DNA of 64,000 bases from Candidatus Obscuribacterales bacterium (GCA_965228855.1 CBDDIJ010000003.1:3296001-3360000), one strand, 5' to 3'; counted from the first letter of the stretch, positions 17,540-27,496 are shown. Numbers and translations: made by a program. Notes: a model not told the origin generated them from the letters alone.

Positions 17540-20012
17540 TAACACTGAAATAACGCTAGAAGGGAGCGGAGAACCAATGACGTCCACCACAGCAACTCAA
17601 CCACTAAATCTCAGCGACGAAATTGCAGAGGCAGCAAACTGCATCAATCATCTCTACCCACTCACAAACTTCGTGGCATGCAACTCGCTGAAAGGATATG
17701 AGAACATTCCATTCGAAGAGGCGATGCGGCGAGCCAGGGAGCTTTTCAATGCTCGTGGCTTTCTTCCACTTTCAGAATATCGAGCCATGTATGAATCCGG
17801 TCGGATAGCACCGGTAGATCTGAATGAAGCTTTCAGACGGCATCATACATGGAAGCGCGAAGCGATTCCGATGGAGCGGAGACGACTCAGCATCTCTGAG
17901 ATGTTCGACGAAATCTGCAAAACCAAAATTGTCGATACCATAAACAGGCAATTGATCAAATGGTGCGGCGCATATCTTGATCAGACGCAAGCGCAATGGA
18001 TCCCGATCGAGAAAAAGGGTCTGTACGAGTTTTGGAAACAGTTGGCACGTCACGACAAATCGCTCTGGTGGCATGGCATAAGAGACTTCGCGCAAACAAT
18101 CGACTCACTCCCGGAGACCTCAGAATCCGCCCTTGAGATGCAGCTCCGAGAGCTTGAAATTCATGGAGAAGATATAGCACCATATTTGAGGAGTCACCTG
18201 ATTCAACTTCCAGGATTTGTGAGTTACATCAAATGGAAGGACGCTGCACATCAAGGCAACGAGCTTCTGAGTGACTATCTCGCCATAAGACTTCATTACG
18301 AGAAGGTTCTAGCTAGGTTTCATGCCGACAAGCATTACAAGTGTCAGGATCTCGGTCTTATCAGACCTCTTCTCGAGTCGGAAACCCCAAAAGACAGTCA
18401 CTTCCCGAAGTCGGACGATGACTACGCTCCAATATGGCAAGAAGCTTATGAACTAAACTATCGAGACAAACTGCTTTCAAGCCTGAATCCAAAATTTTCA
18501 GGTGAAACCAGTGACACTCTCTGCCAGTTGGTGTTCTGCATAGACGTACGATCAGAGCCTATTCGCAGGGAGATTGAACAGCGAGGACCATATTCAACAT
18601 ACGGTTTTGCCGGCTTCTTCGGCATGCCCATGAAATTAAACGAACTAGGCAGCGCCTTCGCACTGGACCTCTGTCCCGTGCTGATTAAGCCGGAAAAGAA
18701 AGCAACGGAAACCGGTAATCTGGTAAGCAGGACGCTAAGTTGGCAGGCACTTAAGGCGTCTGCGCTGCAAATGAAGAAAAAGGTAAAAAGCAATCTAGCC
18801 GGAGCCTTTGGCCTGGTTGAATTGATCGGATTGTACTCTGCAATTCCGCTTGCCGTTAAAACCTTCTTTCCATCTCAAACCCAAAGGCTCGGCCAGGCTG
18901 TTGAGAACTTGGTCACAGGCAGCGATAAAACGACACTCGATCTCTCCGCTTTCTCGCTGCAAGATAAAGTCACCTTAGCAGAAGGAGCGATTGCAGGAAT
19001 TGGTTTAAAGCATTTCTCCAAATTGATCGTACTCTGCGGTCACAAAAGCTCCTCGGTGAACAATCCATTCGCTTCATCTCTCGATTGCGGGGCTTGCGGT
19101 GGCAATGGAGGAACCTACAGCGCTCGTTTTGCAGCAGAAATTCTCAATGATAAGAAAGTGCGAGCAGTTCTGGCCGCAAAAGACATCACGATAAGACCAG
19201 ATACAGTCTTTATAGCGGCTGAACATGACACGACCACGGATAGAATTACACTGTTTCGACCAGACTTCCTTGACGAAGACCAAAAACTGACACTTGCAAG
19301 ACTCAGCGAAGACCTGGATCTCGCCGGAGACGCGATGAGGGAAAAGCGCTCCTTGACACTCCCCAAGAGCAGCATGCAAAAACTCAATGACCCAATCGAG
19401 CGCGCATGCGACTGGGCGCAGGTCGCGCCGGAATGGGGACTAGCCGGTAACGCAGCGTTCATCGCCGCGCCTCGTGGAATTTCCGGCAACTCCGACCTCG
19501 AAGGTAGAGTGTTCCTGCATTCGTACGATTGCGACCTCGATAAGGAGAATAAAGTACTTGAGCTAATCATGACAGCACCGCTGGTAGTGGCACAGTGGAT
19601 TAATACACAGTATTATCTTTCAACCGTCGATAACGACAAGTTCGGCAGCGGGACGAAGGTCGTCCACAACGTCATAGGAGACTTTGGAGTCATGAGTGGA
19701 GCGGCAAGCGATCTGAGGCTGGGTCTGCCGCTTCAGTCGATAAGCTCAGAAGCGGGGTTAAGGCACGAACCAATGCGTCTTCTCTCTGTCATAAGAGCCC
19801 GCCGTTCAGCCATCGAGCAAGTTCTTAAAAAGCATTCTGAAATTGCGCAACTAGTGGAAAATCGCTGGATCAGACTGGTCTCGCTGGAACCGGAAGAGAA
19901 GCGATTTTACGAGTTGGCTCCCGGAGGAGAATGGTATCAAGTCAACTTCAATGCAGCAGAGATAAATAAAGAAAGCATAGCTAACGCTTTAGCTGCTGGT
20001 CTTCGAGCATAA
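17529..20012 (+). CDS. dabA: DAB beta-carbonic-anhydrase-like subunit (DUF2309/UPF0753)
   Basis: FCIDVRSE, LCGH, LDCGACGG Zn-ligand motifs; DWAQVAPEWGLAGNA, FLHSYD, HEPMRL. Confidence 0.95.
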   Translation: MAPSNTEITLEGSGEPMTSTTATQPLNLSDEIAEAANCINHLYPLTNFVACNSLKGYENIPFEEAMRRARELFNARGFLPLSEYRAMYESGRIAPVDLNEAFRRHHTWKREAIPMERRRLSISEMFDEICKTKIVDTINRQLIKWCGAYLDQTQAQWIPIEKKGLYEFWKQLARHDKSLWWHGIRDFAQTIDSLPETSESALEMQLRELEIHGEDIAPYLRSHLIQLPGFVSYIKWKDAAHQGNELLSDYLAIRLHYEKVLARFHADKHYKCQDLGLIRPLLESETPKDSHFPKSDDDYAPIWQEAYELNYRDKLLSSLNPKFSGETSDTLCQLVFCIDVRSEPIRREIEQRGPYSTYGFAGFFGMPMKLNELGSAFALDLCPVLIKPEKKATETGNLVSRTLSWQALKASALQMKKKVKSNLAGAFGLVELIGLYSAIPLAVKTFFPSQTQRLGQAVENLVTGSDKTTLDLSAFSLQDKVTLAEGAIAGIGLKHFSKLIVLCGHKSSSVNNPFASSLDCGACGGNGGTYSARFAAEILNDKKVRAVLAAKDITIRPDTVFIAAEHDTTTDRITLFRPDFLDEDQKLTLARLSEDLDLAGDAMREKRSLTLPKSSMQKLNDPIERACDWAQVAPEWGLAGNAAFIAAPRGISGNSDLEGRVFLHSYDCDLDKENKVLELIMTAPLVVAQWINTQYYLSTVDNDKFGSGTKVVHNVIGDFGVMSGAASDLRLGLPLQSISSEAGLRHEPMRLLSVIRARRSAIEQVLKKHSEIAQLVENRWIRLVSLEPEEKRFYELAPGGEWYQVNFNAAEINKESIANALAAGLRA

Positions 20013-20019
20013 CGGAAGA

Positions 20020-20910
20020 ATGCGACATCCATACTTCGACAAAACCATCTCGCTGACCACAAAGCATAAGAAGGCTTCGGCGCTCGCCTTGCCACTCCGG
20101 GCGGGCGTCGGCTTGCGAGTTAGCGAGGTCGAAGTTGACACAGATATCTTCGGCACCTTTTCGGGAGAAGTTGAGCGAAGAGGAAGCGCCATCGAAACGG
20201 CCATAAAAAAGGCTCGCCTTGGAATGATGAAAAGTTCCTCGCCACTTGGTCTAGCTACCGAAGGTAGTTTCGGTGCCCATCCACTCATTCCTTTCGTAGC
20301 CGGCTGTGAGGAAGCAATCGTTTTAATAGATGATGTTCATGGTTTTCACGTATCAGAGAGTTTGATTTCAACGAAAACAAACTTCAGGTACTGTGAAATC
20401 GCGTCGATGGACGAGATCGAAGAATTTCTGGACCAAGCTAAATTTCCGTCCCACGGTTTGATCGTTAAACCAAATCAAACTGACCGGAAGTTGTTTCAAA
20501 AAATTGGTCGGCTGTTCGGAAAAACTACGCCCTCCACCATCAAAGGAATACAAGAGCGCGAATCGCTGCAACGGGCAATTGAAACCTGCAGAGCCATCTC
20601 CGGCGATCACCTGGCGCGAGTGGAAACCGACATGCGCGCACATATGAATCCGACTCGCATGCGAGTTCTACGCGAGCTGGGAGTCAAATTGGCTCGGAGG
20701 CTCCGCTCGAGCTGCACTGAATGCAACTGTCCCGGCTTTGGTCGAACGTCGGTAAGTGGGTTCTTGAACTGTTCTGAATGTGGATTCGCCTCTCAGTCGC
20801 CATCTCACGAAATCCACAGTTGCCCCAGGTGCCGATACTCCAAAACGCTGCCCCGGAGCGACGGAGTGCAAAGTGTTGATCCTATGTATTGCGCTCGCTG
20901 CAACCCCTGA
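20020..20910 (+). CDS. DUF6671-like protein with Cys-rich C-terminus
   Basis: TKHKK, DTDIFGTFSGEVER, ATEGSFGAHP, ETDMRAHMNPTRM, and four CxxC pairs ending CARCNP. Confidence 0.75.
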   Translation: MRHPYFDKTISLTTKHKKASALALPLRAGVGLRVSEVEVDTDIFGTFSGEVERRGSAIETAIKKARLGMMKSSSPLGLATEGSFGAHPLIPFVAGCEEAIVLIDDVHGFHVSESLISTKTNFRYCEIASMDEIEEFLDQAKFPSHGLIVKPNQTDRKLFQKIGRLFGKTTPSTIKGIQERESLQRAIETCRAISGDHLARVETDMRAHMNPTRMRVLRELGVKLARRLRSSCTECNCPGFGRTSVSGFLNCSECGFASQSPSHEIHSCPRCRYSKTLPRSDGVQSVDPMYCARCNP

Positions 20911-20957
20911 GTTTTAAGTTCAAATAAATGAAGATGATGGAAAGGAATTGATAAGAA

Positions 20958-21761
20958 ATGGACAGAAATTTACAAGACATGGAAAACGAAAGCATCTTCA
21001 TCATTCGGGAGGCCTATGCAAAGGTAAAGGACCTCGCGCTTCTATGGTCAATGGGAAAGGATTCCACGGTACTGCTTCATCTGGTGAAAAAAGCATTCAT
21101 GGGAAATTGCCCTATGCCACTGGTGCATGTTGATGAGAGCTATGAGCCTGAGGCGATGATTGCCTGGAGAGACGAATACGTTAAACGACACGATTTGAAG
21201 CTAATAGTCGGTCAAAATAAACAGGCGTTATCCGAAGGAATGGGCCCGCATCTTGGCCGTCTAACTTGTTGCAATGCACTAAAGACAGTGGCACTGCAAC
21301 AGACCGTTAAAGAACATAACATTCAAGGTCTGCTGGTCGGAATTAGACGCGACGAGGAAGGATCCCGCGGAAAAGAACGAGTGGTATCGCCCAGATCTTC
21401 TGATGGCGCATGGAAGTACAAAGATCAGCCAGCCGAGATCTGGAACCACTTCAATCTGCATACGCCAAAGGATATCCATCTCAGAATTCATCCGATACTC
21501 CACTGGGATGAACTCTCAATTTGGGAATACATTAAGAGTGAATCCATCGAGATAATTCCACTGTATTTCGCCCGCGATGGCATGCGCTATCGCAGCCTGG
21601 GTTGCGCCCCTTGCACCGGCGCGTTTCCTTCCACAGCGGCTACGGTAGAAGAGATTATTGAAGAACTCAAACAGAGTTCCGAATCAGAGAGAGCCGGCCG
21701 AGCGCACGACAAAGAAGAGGCATATGCTCTACAAAAACTGAGAAGCCAGGGATTCATGTAA
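20958..21761 (+). CDS. cysD: Sulfate adenylyltransferase subunit 2
   Basis: LWSMGKDS PP-loop, GIRRDEEGSRGKER, RIHPILHW, YRSLGC, SERAGRA.DKE, ends LRSQGFM. Confidence 0.9.
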   Translation: MDRNLQDMENESIFIIREAYAKVKDLALLWSMGKDSTVLLHLVKKAFMGNCPMPLVHVDESYEPEAMIAWRDEYVKRHDLKLIVGQNKQALSEGMGPHLGRLTCCNALKTVALQQTVKEHNIQGLLVGIRRDEEGSRGKERVVSPRSSDGAWKYKDQPAEIWNHFNLHTPKDIHLRIHPILHWDELSIWEYIKSESIEIIPLYFARDGMRYRSLGCAPCTGAFPSTAATVEEIIEELKQSSESERAGRAHDKEEAYALQKLRSQGFM

Positions 21762-22167
21762 TGCCTGAATTTTTCGCAAGGTGGCGTCTATTAACCTATG
21801 CCAGTTGTGGCTCTACGAAATTATAAACAAAACATAAAAGCACTTCCCATTCAAAAATTTTTTTGATATTTTCAAAGAGTAAGGATTCAATTTCCTTCGC
21901 TTCGAATAGCCAGATTCTGCTTAAAAGGAGGGTTTGAGCATAGTTGAACGAATACACAATTGAATAACTTATGACTGACTTTGTACCAGCCAATCGGCTG
22001 GAATTGGCTAAAGACATGGCAGTCTCAATGGAATTGAGACTGCCTGCCCGCCAACAATGTTGAGCCAGGAGATCGTTCGGTTGATGCCGCATCTCTCTAT
22101 GGCTATTTTCCTTCGTCCGGCACCTCATGCCGGTTTAGCTAAATAGACATAAGGAGGTTTTTCGATA

Positions 22168-22620
22168 ATGTTTGGAATGTCTTGTGAGTTCATTAGCCAA
22201 TACATTCAAGCAGGAAAGCGCGACTGCCCAGAAAAAATCATGCAAGACTTAGCCGGCAGCAAGTACGAAAAGGTACGAATGCGCGTAGCAGAAAACGAAA
22301 AAGCACCAGTGAAAATATTGGAAAGGCTGGCTGCAGACAGGAGCGTCGACGTGAGAATTGCAGTCGCAACAAACTCCAGCACACCATTTGAGATCGTCTG
22401 CAAGTTGGCGTCCGATGAAGACCCTAATGTGCGATTGGGAATTGCAGAGGCGCCAGGCACCTCACTTCCAATTTTAGAAAAGCTCACAGACGACGCAAAT
22501 CCGTATGTGAGCTGTCAGGCGAAAAAGAGTCTGATGATCGCGAGAGCAAAGGAACTGAATTCGCGTTGTTTCGGCAACTCAGTCGAATTCCGAGGTCCGG
22601 ACAGCTTGCTCTACGCCTAG
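22168..22620 (+). CDS. LRV/HEAT-like repeat protein
   Basis: Repeats of L..LA.D....VR..VA.N..TP; AAGGAGG RBS. Confidence 0.8.
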   Translation: MFGMSCEFISQYIQAGKRDCPEKIMQDLAGSKYEKVRMRVAENEKAPVKILERLAADRSVDVRIAVATNSSTPFEIVCKLASDEDPNVRLGIAEAPGTSLPILEKLTDDANPYVSCQAKKSLMIARAKELNSRCFGNSVEFRGPDSLLYA

Positions 22621-22625
22621 CTAGT

Positions 22626-22663
22626 TTCCGGGTCAGAGGGTCTCCCGGTCCTCTGACCCGGAA
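22626..22663 (+). terminator. 14-bp perfect inverted repeat, probable terminator
   Basis: TTCCGGGTCAGAGG...CCTCTGACCCGGAA immediately after the stop codon; weak U-tract. Confidence 0.6.
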
Positions 22664-22770
22664 CAACCTTTACTGAGCAGATTATGAAATCGCCCTAAAT
22701 ATTCTGACCTAACCTGGTCCACGAACTATATGCTGGTAAAAGCCACCGGGCTTTCACCAGCATTGAGGGC

Positions 22771-23445
22771 GTGGACATGAACGTCTTAAAAAAACTCTTG
22801 ACAGAGCTACGGTATTTGCTTGAAGGTCTGTATTACCTGACGTTTGCTATCATCGGAGTTTTGAGCATTCCATGGCTCCTCTCAGGATCCGTTAAGGGTC
22901 GCTATTCGGCCAGCGGTGACTTCACCCCGACTAACGTTCTCGGAGGCACCTCTGCATTAAGCAATCTGCCTACAGCTTGCGCCACATCTAGTGGTACTAC
23001 ATCCAGTGCCTTCTCGACTAACGCTCATGCCACGACGACCTTCGCTTCACATCTGCAAAGCGGAGCCGTTTGGTTGGTCGCCGTGCTAGCTATCGTCATC
23101 GTTTTGATGACGGTCGTGGTCACCTATCAGAGCATTATCAACCGCGCCAGCTCACGAGAAGCAAGCCTGACCCGAATGATCGAGTTTTACGGCTGGAATC
23201 GATACCTGCAAAAGGTGAACGCTAAGATTGTTTCCTCAGATAAATACGGCACTCTTTATCAGAAGAGATTCTTTGTCGGTGAGAATCTCGCAATCCTAGC
23301 CGTCAAAAACTCGACTGCGGAACCTGATGGTTCGTTTAAAACTTATTACTTGCGCGTACCGCCGCACACTAGAACGGCGCGCGAAGCGGTAGCCTGGACT
23401 TTCGCCGTCGAAACGGAACAGTATCGACCGGCAATTGAAACTTAG
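22771..23445 (+). CDS. Membrane protein with C-terminal DUF6745-like domain
   Basis: Two TMs; VKNSTAEPDGSFKTYYLRVPP...TAREAVAWTF. Confidence 0.7.
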   Translation: MDMNVLKKLLTELRYLLEGLYYLTFAIIGVLSIPWLLSGSVKGRYSASGDFTPTNVLGGTSALSNLPTACATSSGTTSSAFSTNAHATTTFASHLQSGAVWLVAVLAIVIVLMTVVVTYQSIINRASSREASLTRMIEFYGWNRYLQKVNAKIVSSDKYGTLYQKRFFVGENLAILAVKNSTAEPDGSFKTYYLRVPPHTRTAREAVAWTFAVETEQYRPAIET

Positions 23446-23474
23446 ATTGTTGTTTTAAGCGACCACAGTGAACA

Positions 23475-24848
23475 ATGAAACCTGATGAACTGAAAACAGA
23501 AAAATATCCCATTCTCGCGCCAGCTAGTTTGGCAAGTTCTGACGGCATTGGAGCAATCTTCATAAGCGCATTGTTCTTTTCCACGCTTGCTTGGCTCGTT
23601 CTATCAACGAAACTCGGTCTGGAGCCGAAGCTGCAGTGGATGTTGGTCGGAGGTTTGCTGATGTATAACCTCGCGCGTAGCGATACAACCTTTCCGAGGT
23701 CTGATCTTGAACTGAAAGCAAAGGGGCTGGATATCAAAGATCGCCGTCTCAACGCGATCATGCCGTGGGACTGGGTAACGAAGGTAGAGATTCGTCAACG
23801 AACGCTGAGTATCTTCCCGAATTACGTCTACTTCCAATTCAAGGATAAATCAGATGTGCTGATTCTTTGGGAGGACGTTTGCGACAAAATGGATTCTACG
23901 ACTCTAATCTCATGCGTGCGAACCTGGGCTCCCCATGCGGAAATCAAGGGAGATGCGAAGCTGACAAAATCGGAATCGATTGCAACATACACTGAACTCT
24001 GGCTTTCAGGAATGAACTCAACTAAATCGACCAAACGATTGAGACAGGACCATGCCATTCCAGAAGAAACGATACTGAATAACAGCTACAAGATTGAACG
24101 CCTTTTGAGCGGCGGAGGACAAGGTACAGCTTACCTTGCGTCGGTCCTACCGCATGCAGAGGTTCCGAATATGCCACCACAAGTGGTGATAAAGGAGCTT
24201 ATCCTACCGTCGACTGACCGAGGATTGAAGAAGGCAACAGACGGTCTAATTAAAGAAGTCGCCATTTTGAGACGTATTTCCAGTGACAAGATTGTCTCGC
24301 TCTACGATTTCTTTATTGAAGACATGCGCGGCTACCTCGTCATCGAGTATATCGATGGAGAGACGCTGCGGCAGCTCGTCGCACGATGCGGTCCGCTTCA
24401 AGAATCTAGGGTCGCAGAAATTGGAGTGGCACTGTGCGATGCGCTTTCGTATCTTCATGGACTCACTCCGTCAATCATTCATGGAGATGTCACGCCCGAC
24501 AATATCATGCTCGACAAAAGTGGTGCAGTAAAGTTGATGGACTTTGATGCATCACAAGAACTCACGAGAAACAAAACTAACACGGTAGTCGGCAAACACG
24601 CATATATGTCGCCTGAGCAATTCAAAGGAATTTTGAATGAATCGAGCGACACATATGCGCTCGCATGCACAATGCATTTTTTGTTGACGGGAAACGATCC
24701 GGAGCCTATTAGTGAAAGTCATCCCGCTGACTTTGTGAATACCGTGGGAGTTGAGATGAATAGGATTGTATCGACTGCTACCAAGTTCAACTTTGAAGAA
24801 CGACTTCTAGATCTTAAACAAATGAGGTCTCAACTTGAGCGAATCTGA
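23475..24848 (+). CDS. Membrane-anchored Ser/Thr kinase (non-RD: HGD, DFD)
   Basis: Two TMs, GGGQGTAY, VIKE, HGDVTPDN, DFDAS, YMSPEQ. Confidence 0.85.
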   Translation: MKPDELKTEKYPILAPASLASSDGIGAIFISALFFSTLAWLVLSTKLGLEPKLQWMLVGGLLMYNLARSDTTFPRSDLELKAKGLDIKDRRLNAIMPWDWVTKVEIRQRTLSIFPNYVYFQFKDKSDVLILWEDVCDKMDSTTLISCVRTWAPHAEIKGDAKLTKSESIATYTELWLSGMNSTKSTKRLRQDHAIPEETILNNSYKIERLLSGGGQGTAYLASVLPHAEVPNMPPQVVIKELILPSTDRGLKKATDGLIKEVAILRRISSDKIVSLYDFFIEDMRGYLVIEYIDGETLRQLVARCGPLQESRVAEIGVALCDALSYLHGLTPSIIHGDVTPDNIMLDKSGAVKLMDFDASQELTRNKTNTVVGKHAYMSPEQFKGILNESSDTYALACTMHFLLTGNDPEPISESHPADFVNTVGVEMNRIVSTATKFNFEERLLDLKQMRSQLERI

Positions 24849-26340
24849 CGAACTGAAAAAGATTGACTTTCCAAACCATGATGGCGGCAGCTTTCGAATT
24901 GCCTTGAAGCTACCATACGAGCGAGCCGGTATTATTTTGCTGAAGATGACCTGGCCCTGCCTGCCTTTCGCAGGGTATTACATTTACTTGAGAACATCGC
25001 TCGGGTTTCAGGAGTTTTCAGGGAGCCTTTTTGAAATAATCAGCGTTGCCATCGGCGTGCTGCTATTCTGCTCGTATATCGCAATGCTGATCATCGTTTC
25101 AAACAAACAACTCATTCTTCGCCAATCGACTATAACTCTTCCGGCTCAGTTCTTCTTGCTCACTTGGAACAAACTAACCTGGCGATGGTCGCATTTGGTC
25201 GGAGTCACCTTTGCAAAGAGCGGACCGGACGTGGGTTCTGCAAATCAAATAATTTTGAATTTTCAGGACGAATATATGGACCAGCCAATACGCGCTCACA
25301 TTAAGCTCACCGAAATCAATCAGCTAGACTTGAAGAAGCTGGTTTACGCTATCGTGACAAACGCACCGCATGCGGTGATTGAGCCGGCACTAAATGAGGT
25401 GGCATTAGAATTCCCGACCATATCCGGTATTAAGCATTTGAACTTTCACAGCTTCACGAGCCTCTGGGATGAAGAATTTTCAGCGCGCTATTCTCTGACG
25501 CTTTTCGTGCCTTTAGCGCCCGCGGACGAGCTGAGAAACGGCTCAATTAAAATAACAGAATTAGTTGCATGTGGCGGTTCTGCTGCGATTTACTCTGCCA
25601 GAGATTCGAAGGGCGATCAAATAATTGTCAAAGAAGCAGTGATACCTAAAAATACTCCCGAAGCTCTAAAGGCGAAGGCAATTGAAATGTTCAATCGTGA
25701 GGCGATGTTTTTGAGCCTTCTCGACCATCCCAATATTGCCAAAGTGATGGACCACTTTGTCGAAAACGATCATCACTACGAGGTTATCGAGTTCATAGAT
25801 GGGCTTGACTTAAGGCGATTCGTGAAGGAGCGCGGACCGCAACCGGAAGATTTTGTTCTGAATTGGGCCCAGCAAATCTGCGAGATTCTGGTCTACCTGC
25901 ATTCGCAAGAACCGCCAGTTATCCACCGAGACCTCACTCCGGACAACCTGGTTCTTCGAGTGGATGGTCAACTGGTTCTAATCGATTTCGGTGCAGCTAA
26001 CGCATTTGTGGGGACAGCGACAGGCACGATGGTCGGCAAGCAATCGTATATGCCGCCCGAGCAATTGCGTGGTAAGGCAGTTCCACAGAGTGATATCTAT
26101 TCGCTCGGCGGCACTTGCTATTTCCTCCTGACAGGAAAGGATCCGACGCCTCTAGAGGTTTCTAAGATCAAGGGTGAAAATCAACCTGGCGCGAACCTTA
26201 ATCCGCTTCTGGCAAAGTGTACGGCATTGGAAGCATCAGCCCGCTACCAGTCCGCCACGGAGGTGCTGGACGACATTCTCCGAATCCGCCAGCAACGAGT
26301 CCTGGAAGCTTCGTCCGATACCGTGAAAAAGATCAACTAA
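24835..26340 (+). CDS. Membrane-anchored Ser/Thr kinase (RD type)
   Basis: Two TMs, CGGSAAIY, VKE, HRDLTPDN, DFG, YMPPEQ; overlaps the upstream kinase. Confidence 0.9.
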   Translation: MSESDELKKIDFPNHDGGSFRIALKLPYERAGIILLKMTWPCLPFAGYYIYLRTSLGFQEFSGSLFEIISVAIGVLLFCSYIAMLIIVSNKQLILRQSTITLPAQFFLLTWNKLTWRWSHLVGVTFAKSGPDVGSANQIILNFQDEYMDQPIRAHIKLTEINQLDLKKLVYAIVTNAPHAVIEPALNEVALEFPTISGIKHLNFHSFTSLWDEEFSARYSLTLFVPLAPADELRNGSIKITELVACGGSAAIYSARDSKGDQIIVKEAVIPKNTPEALKAKAIEMFNREAMFLSLLDHPNIAKVMDHFVENDHHYEVIEFIDGLDLRRFVKERGPQPEDFVLNWAQQICEILVYLHSQEPPVIHRDLTPDNLVLRVDGQLVLIDFGAANAFVGTATGTMVGKQSYMPPEQLRGKAVPQSDIYSLGGTCYFLLTGKDPTPLEVSKIKGENQPGANLNPLLAKCTALEASARYQSATEVLDDILRIRQQRVLEASSDTVKKIN

Positions 26341-26360
26341 ACCGAGCAAGTTTTGAACAA

Positions 26361-26383
26361 AAGGGGGAGCTTTCCTCCCCCTT
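26361..26383. terminator. Bidirectional intrinsic terminator
   Basis: AAGGGGGAG-ctttc-CTCCCCCTT between convergent genes, flanked by A- and T-rich tracts. Confidence 0.7.
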
Positions 26384-26410
26384 ACTTTTCAGCTGATTTG
26401 GTGATCCCAA

Positions 26411-26674
26411 CTAGTCGACGTTACCGTCTCCATCATAGTGCTTCATGTGATACTGATGGGTTCGGTAATACTTACCGTAATACGGATTGTTCTCGTAGTA
26501 GTATTTCCGTACTGGTCTAACTACGGGCACGTCCACCTTGCCACCCGTTCGGGCTCTGTCGCCAATCCCGCCCTTGGCGCTTGAATGGCGCAAGTTATCC
26601 GGTGCGGCATTCGCAGCTGGAACTGTGAAACCAACTATCACTGCTGTAGCGAGCAGTAAATTCAAACCTTTCAT
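26411..26674 (-). CDS. Small secreted protein with Tyr/His-rich C-terminus
   Basis: MKGLNLLLATAVIVGFTVPAANA signal peptide after a GGAGGA RBS. Confidence 0.7.
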   Translation of the reverse strand: MKGLNLLLATAVIVGFTVPAANAAPDNLRHSSAKGGIGDRARTGGKVDVPVVRPVRKYYYENNPYYGKYYRTHQYHMKHYDGDGNVD

Positions 26675-26758
26675 GCGATCCTCCTTGAAAAAACTTAGAC
26701 TCGCAGCTGACCGCCGCGAACGTTTCGTACTTGTATAAATCTTCTCACTTGAAGTAGC

Positions 26759-27496
26759 ATGCAAAACGGCTTGCCATGCCCTTTTCGCCAACTTTGCAAA
26801 CCAATTCAGTGGACAAAATACACGCCCGGTTGCGTAATTCGAAGAAACTGCAAGAATGGTTGTATGCTAACCGGCTCTGATTTTAAAAACTTTGTGCAAT
26901 CTCAGCTACTGAAGTCTGAGAGTCTCACGTACCTCTCCCACGAGAGACGCTCTTCCTCAGCACGAATAGGTGAGCTCTGGCAGGGGACCGCGGCCCTGTT
27001 CGCACTGATTTTTGCCATCGGTATTCTTCACCCGACGAAGGGTGCCGAAGTATACGATTTGCAACAGAGACTTTTAGGTTCAGCTGCAATCTTCGCTATC
27101 GCCGAACTCTGTTTTGTAACCTTTTGCTGGTTCCTTTTCAGGAAAACGGAAAGAAGCATTACAGCTTTTACTAATCAGCGGATTTTACAGTTTAAATTCA
27201 AAAAGCCTGTTACAGAGCTGGATGCAAACGATCTGCGACAAGCGGAAACTGAGAAGAAACAGGAGATTCCCTACGATCTGATCAAATCCGCACGATTGAT
27301 TTCACAGCCCGATGACAGTGGACTGTTAGTTATGGAAGTCTACGATGGTCCCCAGAGGTCCACGTGGTATCACATCCAATTGGAAATCTACAACAGCAAC
27401 GAAGCGAGGTTATCGATACCGAATTCGGTGCGGTTAATTTTTGAGAGTACTAAAGGAAAGGACCACTCCCGCTTTCTAAGCGACCGTGATACCTGA
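26759..27496 (+). CDS. Hypothetical two-TM membrane protein (PH-like C-terminal domain possible)
   Basis: Two TMs followed by AFTNQRIL; start likely near 26864. Confidence 0.55.
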   Translation: MQNGLPCPFRQLCKPIQWTKYTPGCVIRRNCKNGCMLTGSDFKNFVQSQLLKSESLTYLSHERRSSSARIGELWQGTAALFALIFAIGILHPTKGAEVYDLQQRLLGSAAIFAIAELCFVTFCWFLFRKTERSITAFTNQRILQFKFKKPVTELDANDLRQAETEKKQEIPYDLIKSARLISQPDDSGLLVMEVYDGPQRSTWYHIQLEIYNSNEARLSIPNSVRLIFESTKGKDHSRFLSDRDT

